Below, in pieces: positions 17,358 to 24,782 of a stretch of DNA of 27,795 nucleotides (positions are counted from its first letter, which is position 1; each line of letters begins with the position of its first letter). The notes beneath the pieces were generated by a model. The model was not told where the DNA came from, did not search any database, and saw nothing but the letters and a program-made list of their open reading frames with translations. This DNA comes from a virus (Duplodnaviria; Caudoviricetes): positions 1 through 27,795 of the IMG/VR virus record IMGVR_UViG_3300044477_000133. One strand, 5' to 3'. The translations under genes were made by a program, and so were the position numbers.

Positions 17358-17588
17358 TTACTTGCGTTTCGCGGTGTTTTCAGGCTGCTTAGGCGGATCT
17401 TGCGCCGGAGGTTCTTCAGGCTTTGTTTTCGCCTGTGATTGCTCAACCGGGACAAGTGCAACGCCTTCGAGTTTCACGAAGTGCGCCACATCGTCAGGGA
17501 TTTCAACCGTGTCACCAGGAGCGCAGCTGTAAACCACGCCCTTGATTTCACGCGAAACAGTCGCCTCGCGTTGGTTGGTAAACAACAT
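17358..17588 (-). CDS. Small head-associated hypothetical protein
   Basis: 76 aa, APGDTVEIPDDVA motif plus a Pro/Lys-rich tail. TGATG coupling. Confidence 0.7.
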   Translation of the reverse strand: MLFTNQREATVSREIKGVVYSCAPGDTVEIPDDVAHFVKLEGVALVPVEQSQAKTKPEEPPAQDPPKQPENTAKRK

Positions 17589-18112
17589 CAGAACGCCACC
17601 AGAACAGGCACGTTCTGAACGTTTCCGCTCGTTACATGCGCAGTGAAGTCGGTCTTTAGCTCGTTGGCGAGCGTGTTGGCCGATGATTGATCGGTTGCGT
17701 CAGCGGACGACGTTGCGTTGGTCGCGTCAGCCGTGTAGTGATACGTCGTTGATGCGCGGTGAGTGTTATAAAAACCCTTTACCGCGTTCAGTGCAGTAAT
17801 AGCAGATGTTAAGTCAACCACCGAAGAAACTGCCGTCACGAACGTTGCATCGACGACCTTGTGAGCAACCGTTGACGCGGCATGAGCGGCGGTCTTTGCA
17901 ACGATCTCCTTCGTTAGAACGAGAAGCGTCGCAAGGTCCGTCGCATTCGCCGACGTGATGGTCGTCGATCCAGGGCCGTTGCTTGCCCCGGTGCCGATAT
18001 CACCGCGGTCGATGTGGAAGGCGGAAGCAGCCCCGATCGCTTTCGCGAAGGACTGCATGATCTGCACGTTGTCCGCCGCCTGCGGATACGTGTTACGAAT
18101 TAAAAACGCCAT
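17588..18112 (-). CDS. Putative capsid decoration/head fibre protein with three helical repeats
   Basis: 174 aa, Ala/Thr-rich, directly after the MCP with an AAGGA RBS. Confidence 0.6.
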   Translation of the reverse strand: MAFLIRNTYPQAADNVQIMQSFAKAIGAASAFHIDRGDIGTGASNGPGSTTITSANATDLATLLVLTKEIVAKTAAHAASTVAHKVVDATFVTAVSSVVDLTSAITALNAVKGFYNTHRASTTYHYTADATNATSSADATDQSSANTLANELKTDFTAHVTSGNVQNVPVLVAF

Positions 18113-18119
18113 TAATTCC

Positions 18120-19184
18120 TTACGGGATCAAAACGTTGCGACGAACACCCATCGCGTTGGGGCGTAAGCACTTGAGCTGCGCAGTGAGGGCAGCGCGGCC
18201 CTTGAATGCTGAGCCAGTCTTAGCGAGTGGCTCGAAATACATCGACATGTTCAAGAGCGAATTTCCATCACTTGCCGGGATGATGCCCTTACCCGCTAAC
18301 ATCGCATACGCGGCCTTGTTAAGCGCCGGCATAAGAAGCTCGACCTCGACGTAATCGGAGTTCAGATAGATGATCGAGCCGGCACCAGATGTGTCGCCGG
18401 AAAGGCCCGCGTCCTTGTCCTCAATGAAGGTGCAGCCGTCAATCACGACAGTTGATACCTTGTAAGCGAGGTTGACAGGTGCGCCCGCCGCTTGAATCGT
18501 TTCGGTTTCCATGCGCCGCAATGGATCCAAGAGACCAGCAACGACGTTGAAAACACCGGGCTTTACAAGCGCGATATCGGGGCGACTTCCGCCGTTCGTG
18601 TATGAGTTCGCGAGATCATCACGAATCATCTTCACGGTCAGCGCTGTGGCGCTACCAGGATCGGAAACATTCGGGCGCCAAAGAGCATATGTGCTGCTCG
18701 AGCGATCGATACCGGCATACGTATTCGAAGCGCTACCAAGAGCAGCGCCGAATCCGACGATTGTCGGAGCCGAGCCAGTGCCTGAACCGGTTCCGAGGAA
18801 CAAGTGCTTGTTGATATACGAGCACGTTGCAGCTGCGCCATTAGCGAGCTGTCGGCCCCAAATGTCTTCATTTCCTGCTGGGCCAGCAGTGGTTGTGCCA
18901 GCTGCATCAACGGCGAGGTTGGTGATCGAAACCGGCGCCTCGTAAAGGCCCCAATTCAGGATTCCACCAGCTTGACCGTCTTGCGCAAAAGACGTCGTGT
19001 CGGCGCCTTCGTTATATTCCGAAGCGCCCTGTCCGTCGGTCTCAAACGGGATGGTAACGTTTTTGCCGCCGCCGATAACCTTACGCAAAATCGAAAGCGT
19101 AATAGCGCGACGATTTACTTGCCGGATGACCTCGTGATTATATTGCTGCGCGAGCAAAATCATCGATAAAGCAGTAACTGCCAT
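18120..19184 (-). CDS. Major capsid protein (HK97 fold)
   Basis: 354 aa after the scaffold gene, GAGGT RBS. GGKNVTIPF, LFLGTG, TYAGIDRS...WR, IIYLN patterns are typical of MCPs. Confidence 0.88.
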   Translation of the reverse strand: MAVTALSMILLAQQYNHEVIRQVNRRAITLSILRKVIGGGKNVTIPFETDGQGASEYNEGADTTSFAQDGQAGGILNWGLYEAPVSITNLAVDAAGTTTAGPAGNEDIWGRQLANGAAATCSYINKHLFLGTGSGTGSAPTIVGFGAALGSASNTYAGIDRSSSTYALWRPNVSDPGSATALTVKMIRDDLANSYTNGGSRPDIALVKPGVFNVVAGLLDPLRRMETETIQAAGAPVNLAYKVSTVVIDGCTFIEDKDAGLSGDTSGAGSIIYLNSDYVEVELLMPALNKAAYAMLAGKGIIPASDGNSLLNMSMYFEPLAKTGSAFKGRAALTAQLKCLRPNAMGVRRNVLIP

Positions 19185-19260
19185 ATTAAATTTACCTCAG
19201 TGTGTGAAGCCCGTAACGAGCTATCCACGCAGGCCACGGGCTGGCACTTGCGAGGGTTGA

Positions 19261-20052
19261 TCAGTCAAACGAGCCAGTTGGGACGCCTTGCGCCTCAAGC
19301 TCGGCAGCCATGCGGGACGCCCATGTTGGGTCATCGCTGGCCGTGGGGATTTTGCCGGGTTGGTTACCTGGTAAAGCGCCAGGTGTTCTCGGCAGCCTCG
19401 GAGGCGGCGAATTCGGTGTCTTAGGTGTCGGTGCTGGCCGATACGCGTCCGCTTCTTTGGACTTCGCGAACGCCTCTACGCCATCGCGTAACGGCAAAAG
19501 AGTCTCTTGTAACGGTCCACCTGTGTATTGCGGGACCATTGCGCGGAACAGTGGCTTGCCGGTTTCGTCGAACTCGACTCGCTTGTCTGCGTAGTAGAGC
19601 GACTTGGCAATCGGGTCGATGAACTCGGGTTTGATGTGCCCACCGAGCGCGGTCTTTAGTTCACCGAAAGCAGCGTCCTCACGAGCCCTTCGCTCGACTT
19701 CGATACGCGCCTTTTCGGAGCTTTCGAGCGTCGTTTTCATCTCGGCTAATTGCCGTTGAAGCGCCGCAAATTCAGGGGTTTGCTGAGGTGTCCCGGCTGG
19801 TTTTTCGCCGGACGGCTCCGTCGGTTTGAGCGCTGCAAACTTGTCATCAATGGCTTTAGTGAACGTCGGAAGTAACGTTTCGAATGCCTTGGGAAGTTCG
19901 CGCTTTAGTTGCGCCGTCACCGCCTGGTTGGCGATATTTGCAATCTCGGCAGCGGTCAACGCAACGGGTGGCGCACCGCCTCCGCCGGCTCCGCCGTTGT
20001 CGCTTTGTTGCTCAAATAGAAACCATGAACGACCACCATTTCGAATGAACAT
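19261..20052 (-). CDS. Capsid scaffolding protein
   Basis: N-terminal F....GGAGGGG, coiled coil, Pro-rich linker and short C-terminal helix. The ATG at 20052 has the best spacing to GGGAG (ORF track start 20061). Confidence 0.78.
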   Translation of the reverse strand: MFIRNGGRSWFLFEQQSDNGGAGGGGAPPVALTAAEIANIANQAVTAQLKRELPKAFETLLPTFTKAIDDKFAALKPTEPSGEKPAGTPQQTPEFAALQRQLAEMKTTLESSEKARIEVERRAREDAAFGELKTALGGHIKPEFIDPIAKSLYYADKRVEFDETGKPLFRAMVPQYTGGPLQETLLPLRDGVEAFAKSKEADAYRPAPTPKTPNSPPPRLPRTPGALPGNQPGKIPTASDDPTWASRMAAELEAQGVPTGSFD

Positions 20053-20137
20053 AACCACCATCTCCCGCGTCTATTGACTCGGGTGCACCCTTGCGGGCGT
20101 GTGCACGATACGGTCGTGCGCCGTGCGGATTTCTCCG

Positions 20138-20797
20138 TTATGCCGCGAGCATGTAGTACTCGAGGCGCGAAACTTCTTCGTAGTGCGCGACGCATTGGCA
20201 TCGCGGGTGGGCCATTCCAGGCTCACCGCCAGGAAATGACTCCGAAGCTAAGACTACCGTTCCGTTTTGCGACCAACAGAACTCGCAAGCGTCAAGCCGC
20301 GCGTCCCATCGCTTGATAAGAACACGATCGCCGGTTGGTCTGTAGGACTCGGCAATCCGTTGTCGCTCCTGGTTGAATCCTCGCGCCGACTCGGTGATCG
20401 CTATCGAATCAAGCCTTGAGCGCAATGCGCCAGCGGCTTCGTTTGCTGGGTTTTTCGAGCCGTTTATCACCGCAAGCATTACGCGCCTGCGCCATGCTTG
20501 TGAAAACTTAATCGACAGAACCGAAGCCCCAACAGTAGAACCAAGCGCGAAAAGAGTGGGGCGATGCATGCTGATTGCGCCCGCTTTGATTCCTGCTTGT
20601 TGACTCTGGAATATAACCGGAAAGAGCTTACGATTGACCTCTTCCGCTACGACATCCAAGTGTCGAAGCTCGTCCTCTTCCAGTTCCTCAGGAAGGATCT
20701 TCTTTCTTCTTTTTCGCATCAGGAACAGGGCCGCCGCTGTTGCTTCCAGCATTCGGCGTCTTGTTTCCCGGTCGCTTTCCTGCTCCTGCTGAATCAT
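20138..20797 (-). CDS. Head morphogenesis / minor head protein (Mu gpF, SPP1 gp7-like)
   Basis: IAITE..R, KRW.A..D.C..C, P.AHPRCQC motifs. Follows the portal gene. Confidence 0.85.
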   Translation of the reverse strand: MIQQEQESDRETRRRMLEATAAALFLMRKRRKKILPEELEEDELRHLDVVAEEVNRKLFPVIFQSQQAGIKAGAISMHRPTLFALGSTVGASVLSIKFSQAWRRRVMLAVINGSKNPANEAAGALRSRLDSIAITESARGFNQERQRIAESYRPTGDRVLIKRWDARLDACEFCWSQNGTVVLASESFPGGEPGMAHPRCQCVAHYEEVSRLEYYMLAA

Positions 20798-22250
20798 TGT
20801 GTAGGGCGTGAGCTAGAGCCTGCTGATATTGCGCCTCAAGCTCGTCTTTCTCTTTCAGATCCGCAAGACCTTCTTTGAGTTGTTCGAGCGCCTCGCCGCG
20901 TGCGCTCTCCGAGAGTTGCGGCATAAGCGTGTCGAGAATCAGCTCACGCATCTTGAGCTGAACGAGCTCACTTGGCATCCCGATCCGGTTCGCGCTCTCG
21001 ATTGAGTCGAACAGGTCCGAGATGTTTACGTCGGTGAATTTATCGATACCGGCAACAGTGAAGTCCGCCGCGTCTTCGCCGCGCATGGCCCCAATCAGGT
21101 CAACGATACGCCCGATCGCGTCGCGCAAAACAACCGCGTAAGCCTCAAGGATCGCACGAGTCGCAACCATGTCGGCGGACTTGCTCTTGGCTGATCTGGC
21201 AGAGTTAGAGGCAGACGACGAGATACCGTCCGCCATTTGGTGGACGATTCGGTAGAGCTCCTCACGGCAGTTTTCTATCGAATTAGCAAGCACCTCGAAG
21301 GGCGCAGCTGGCGGCGCGAACCAGTCAACCTTATCGTTTAGACCGAGCTTGATACCGCGCCCAACACCGAAAACAGGCGCAGAATCAGGCTCTTCCTGGT
21401 GGAAGACAGGCATCGCATAGCACGATGCTTTTAGTGCCCAATTGAGCGCCGAACGTTGCGTAAACAACTCGATTTGAGCATCAGAGGCGCGTTCAGCGAG
21501 CCACATGCCTTCACCAACATCGAACACCACAACCGGGACACGACCGATCTCATTCGGTATCGACTCAATAAGCGGAGCCTCGGTTTCGACCCCGGGGCGC
21601 TCACCGCTCTTGTAACGGATCTGGTAGATGTCCGTCGAGGTTTTCCCGTAAACGGTCCAGGTCTCGACGACTATTGAGCGTTTCTCTAACGGCGAAATTC
21701 TAGGCTGTTCAATCTCGTGATAGACGAGCCACTCGAGTTCGCCAGTAACGTCTGAGCATCCCCAGTCGATAACACACTGGGTTTCGAGCTCCTTGACGCG
21801 TATCTCACCAAGCCCGCGCTCTTTCCACTCGGCGAGCGTTTCAGCGTTGCCGACTGGTTTTTCGATCGCGAGAAACGTCCGCCCCTTCATGAGGGCATCG
21901 GTAATAGTTTCGCGCGCTAGCTCGCTTAAATCCGTTCCAAGGCCATCAACGTTCGCTTGCCAGGTCTTCCAAAATTCATCAACTGGCTCGTCGTTGTTTT
22001 TTGATAACGACGGCGGAACCTGAATCAATGACGCTGAAAAACGGTCGATAATTGGGCCAAGGTAGTTGAAGTATTTCGCGGCGCCTAAACGCTTGCGATA
22101 AACAGTCTCTGGCTCGAATTCGTTTTGCGGGAGGAACCGAGTAACTCGATTAGCAAAACACTTCCCGCCACGGTAAAGCGCCACGAGGTCAAGCAAATGC
22201 TCGCGGTCAAAGTCCGGATGCGTTTGCTGTAAGATCTCAATTGTCGGCAT
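20688..22250 (-). CDS. Portal protein
   Basis: 520 aa directly after terL (TAATG). HPDF...LYRGG....FLP..E.E...YRKRL..A.YFNY, NVDG.GT.L, IGRVPVV patterns. Confidence 0.9.
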   Translation of the reverse strand: MPTIEILQQTHPDFDREHLLDLVALYRGGKCFANRVTRFLPQNEFEPETVYRKRLGAAKYFNYLGPIIDRFSASLIQVPPSLSKNNDEPVDEFWKTWQANVDGLGTDLSELARETITDALMKGRTFLAIEKPVGNAETLAEWKERGLGEIRVKELETQCVIDWGCSDVTGELEWLVYHEIEQPRISPLEKRSIVVETWTVYGKTSTDIYQIRYKSGERPGVETEAPLIESIPNEIGRVPVVVFDVGEGMWLAERASDAQIELFTQRSALNWALKASCYAMPVFHQEEPDSAPVFGVGRGIKLGLNDKVDWFAPPAAPFEVLANSIENCREELYRIVHQMADGISSSASNSARSAKSKSADMVATRAILEAYAVVLRDAIGRIVDLIGAMRGEDAADFTVAGIDKFTDVNISDLFDSIESANRIGMPSELVQLKMRELILDTLMPQLSESARGEALEQLKEGLADLKEKDELEAQYQQALAHALHNDSAGAGKRPGNKTPNAGSNSGGPVPDAKKKKEDPS

Positions 22251-23671
22251 TACCAGTCAACTGTCCCGCGAACGGGCGGCTTCGAAGTCAGTGCAAAGTG
22301 AGCGTTTCCGAGTGCGTCAATCTCGTCGTCAACTTCGTCGCCCTCGCCACGGAAGTCGGCAACGTTAGAGAGAAACGTCACAAGCCAACGATTGGCTTCG
22401 GGGAACTTGTCCGGGTCGGGAAGCAGCACGTTTCCGTTGTTCCAGGCCGCCGCAACCGCAGTGGCTGAAACGAATTTATCGCCCGGCGGTTGCTCAACTC
22501 GAATCGGAATCCCTTGGTTTTTGATGAATTGAGCGGAGCCTTTTTCTGTGCCGCTTGCGCGCCAAATCATCTTTGCGCCAGGGCGACGCATTGAGCGCGC
22601 CTTGAGCGTTAGCGCGAATGATGGGGCCTCTACCTGTGCGCGGTCAACGCAAACGACGTAGAACTTAGCGTCACGGTCGTGCGCCTGCCCGACGCGCCAC
22701 ATCTCGAGACACACCGACCAGTCCGCGTTTGACTTCGCCGTGTAGGCAAGGTCAACACCGAATCCGACGGCGTAACCCTCTTTCGGTAGCTCGGTATAGA
22801 ATCTTGGATCGTGGAAAACACAGCCACCACGCGGACGCGGACGGCCTTGGTACATCGCAGCAAACGGTACCTCGGTTAGGTCGCGCCGTTGCTGAATGAG
22901 GAATTCAATCGGGCGAATTTTGGGGGCAAGCGCCTCGCCAACTTGTCGCCCTAAAACGTCGCCCTCTTCCGCGATTGCGGCAAGGTTTACGTTCTCCCAA
23001 CCCTCGGCAATAAGCACACCGCTCGGGTCTTTAGGGTGCCACCGCGTGGCAATGTTCACGGCCGAAACACCTGGATGCAAGCGTGTCAAAACGCTCATCC
23101 GAAGATCTTCAATCTTTGACTCTCGTATCGCTCCCGAGCGCGCCTCTTTCGCGTTTTTCAGGAGGTCGTCTAGGACAACGATTCCGTTGACCGGATATCC
23201 CGTGATACCGCCGTCAATGCCGCAGGCAATTAGTCCGCCGCCTTGAGGCGTTCGCCAATTTCCCCGAGACCCTTCGGTTACGATTCCTCGCCCAGAAACG
23301 AGCTTCCGAATCTGCTTTGAGATGTCACCCGAGCGAGTCGCCGAATAGCTAATGTAGGCGTTTAGTCGCTCCGGGTGACACTCGATGATTCGCGCGATTC
23401 CGGCCTTGCAGATCTCGGTTTTGCCGTGCTGCGGCGGGGCGGAGTCGCAGGCCCTGACCGGCTCACCCTTGAGTGCCCGATCGAACTGGTTTGCAATCGG
23501 TAGCAGCCAATCGGGCCGCAGTAAGTTCGGATTTAGTAGGCTAAAATAGTCAAGGAGCTCGGATGATGGCCTAGTGAACCGGCGTACTGAACTCGCTTGA
23601 ATCGCTCTCTGCTGATCCGCCCAGGTCTTCATTGCCTGGAACTGGCGAACCATTTGGAACGCGTTTGCCAT
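22250..23671 (-). CDS. terL: Terminase large subunit
   Basis: Walker A APPQHGKT, GGITG, Walker B VVLDD, TRWH..D..G, AMYQGRP, nuclease GVDLA...DWS and DDEIDA. Confidence 0.96.
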   Translation of the reverse strand: MANAFQMVRQFQAMKTWADQQRAIQASSVRRFTRPSSELLDYFSLLNPNLLRPDWLLPIANQFDRALKGEPVRACDSAPPQHGKTEICKAGIARIIECHPERLNAYISYSATRSGDISKQIRKLVSGRGIVTEGSRGNWRTPQGGGLIACGIDGGITGYPVNGIVVLDDLLKNAKEARSGAIRESKIEDLRMSVLTRLHPGVSAVNIATRWHPKDPSGVLIAEGWENVNLAAIAEEGDVLGRQVGEALAPKIRPIEFLIQQRRDLTEVPFAAMYQGRPRPRGGCVFHDPRFYTELPKEGYAVGFGVDLAYTAKSNADWSVCLEMWRVGQAHDRDAKFYVVCVDRAQVEAPSFALTLKARSMRRPGAKMIWRASGTEKGSAQFIKNQGIPIRVEQPPGDKFVSATAVAAAWNNGNVLLPDPDKFPEANRWLVTFLSNVADFRGEGDEVDDEIDALGNAHFALTSKPPVRGTVDW

Positions 23672-24059
23672 CGCCTACTTTGTTCGTGTCCAGGTTCATT
23701 ACCTGGCGAGCTGTTGCCAGGTTGCCAACCTTATCCACACCGTGGATTGCCTCCTCAGCGGTCATCGTTGGAGCCAGCTCAATCGTCCTATCCAGCAGTA
23801 CGTCCAGGGCTTTCTGAATCTTCGTCCTGGACCGATCGGCGGTTATCTCGCGCTCTCTAGCGACAAGCTGCGACAGTTCGGGATTTTTGCCCGAATCCAT
23901 CTCGGATTTGTACCGCTGGACGGTCTTGCGATCGACTCCAAATTCCTTAGCGGCAGCCCTTGTCCCGAGTGTCGCGGCGTGCGACAGGATCTGAGCCTTG
24001 CGAAAGTTGTCGGCCGCTCCGGAGTTGTGGCTTCTGGGCCTTTTGCGCTTGCCAGCCAT
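23571..24059 (-). CDS. terS: Terminase small subunit (HTH)
   Basis: 162 aa. HTH GTRAAAKEFGVDRKTVQRY followed by helices. Directly upstream of terL. Confidence 0.78.
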   Translation of the reverse strand: MAGKRKRPRSHNSGAADNFRKAQILSHAATLGTRAAAKEFGVDRKTVQRYKSEMDSGKNPELSQLVAREREITADRSRTKIQKALDVLLDRTIELAPTMTAEEAIHGVDKVGNLATARQVMNLDTNKVGDGKRVPNGSPVPGNEDLGGSAESDSSEFSTPVH

Positions 24060-24089
24060 GTGTCGACGGCGAGGATGCGCGTCGGCGTT

Positions 24090-24257
24090 TTAGCCTTCGC
24101 GTGTATTGGTTGTCGTCACCAGTCTCCCCGCCAACACCCGTCGAAAATCCGCCTCCCCAAGCGTAGTCCTCAGCGTCCTAGCCCCTCGCGTTTGGCGCCT
24201 GGGCTTGGCTCGCTTGGTCCACTCGGCGGGGACGATGACGGTGATGCGGCGAGGCAT
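24090..24257 (-). CDS. Possible 55-aa basic microprotein (below the ORF-track cutoff)
   Basis: ATG 24257 to TAA 24090: MPRRITVIVPAEWTKRAKPRRQTRGARTLRTTLGEADFRRVLAGRLVTTTNTREG. No clear RBS. Confidence 0.3.
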   Translation of the reverse strand: MPRRITVIVPAEWTKRAKPRRQTRGARTLRTTLGEADFRRVLAGRLVTTTNTREG

Positions 24258-24304
24258 GGGGAGTCAACGCGCCCAGCCGGCAACGGCAAACGCGTTGGAA
24301 TTCG

Positions 24305-24379
24305 TCGCGGGAATCGGATTTGAACCGATGACCTCGTGGTTATGAGCCACGCGAGCATTCCGGGCTGCTCTATCCCGCA
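24305..24379 (-). tRNA. tRNA with CAU anticodon, initiator (fMet)-like; CCA not encoded
   Basis: Complete cloverleaf: acceptor UGCGGGA/UCCCGCG, D stem GAGC/GCUC, anticodon arm CGUGG-CUCAUAA-CCACG, T arm AUCGG-UUCAAAU-CCGAU, discriminator A. Confidence 0.93.
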
Positions 24380-24480
24380 AGATGCCACCTCGGGCGGGCC
24401 GTGTGTGGCGGTATGTAGGCTTGACCGGACTCTCGTTTCCGAGGAACTTGCCCGCGCCTATACATTAGGCAGCTCACGAT

Positions 24481-24510
24481 TCCGCCAATGTCTCTCAATG
24501 GCCGCCAATG
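24481..24510. repeat. Three 10-bp-period direct repeats, candidate regulator binding site upstream of the late operon
   Basis: TCCGCCAATG / TCTCTCAATG / GCCGCCAATG on the plus strand. Confidence 0.6.
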
Positions 24511-24512
24511 CG

Positions 24513-24782
24513 TCACGGATTGTCACTCGATCTCCTACGCGGGACAGCGAACCCCCTGGTGCTTAGGAGCTTCCCCGACACGTGAGCCTTCACGTAGATA
24601 TCGTAGACAACTGGCATTGTCGCCTGAAAATCAGCCCTAACCACCATCGCCTCTCGGTGATTGCCTATTTTCTGAGCCAGCCCGGTATCGTACAAAAACA
24701 GCCTAGTTTTCTTCGTGGCCCACCCAATCGCGCGGGCAATTTTCCACACTTCGATTAGCTCTGGAATTCCGTCGTTATTCAC
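24513..24782 (-). CDS. Small putative DNA-binding (HTH-like) protein
   Basis: Likely GTG start overlapping the upstream TGA (GTGA) within ORF 24513..24824. ELIEVWKIARAIGWATKKTRLFL resembles an HTH. Confidence 0.55.
   Translation of the reverse strand: MNNDGIPELIEVWKIARAIGWATKKTRLFLYDTGLAQKIGNHREAMVVRADFQATMPVVYDIYVKAHVSGKLLSTRGFAVPRRRSSDNP

Larger units (their letters stand above)
404..24059 (-). mobile_element. Phage/prophage head-neck-contractile tail gene module (myovirus morphology, Mu-like baseplate)
   Basis: About 27 tightly packed co-directional ORFs in canonical order terS-terL-portal-head-neck-sheath-tube-chaperone-TMP-baseplate-fibres, many with overlapping or abutting stop/start codons. 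Whether it is integrated cannot be determined. Confidence 0.95.

Noticed and set aside
18113-19263. Possible readthrough or frameshift fusions scaffold-MCP or MCP-decoration
   Set aside because: The gaps (76 and 7 nt) are out of frame, no in-phase slippery heptamer was seen, and each downstream gene has its own RBS.
24305-24379. tRNA as the prophage attachment site
   Set aside because: Phage-like genes lie on both sides, and no integrase or duplicated tRNA 3' end was seen.
24170-24388. 72-aa minus-strand ORF across the tRNA
   Set aside because: It overlaps a complete tRNA cloverleaf and is most likely spurious.
24455-24490. Sigma54 or sigma70 promoter at TTGGCGGAATCGTGAGC
   Set aside because: The GG is present but the TTGC element at the -12 spacing is not, and -10 candidates are weak or mis-spaced.
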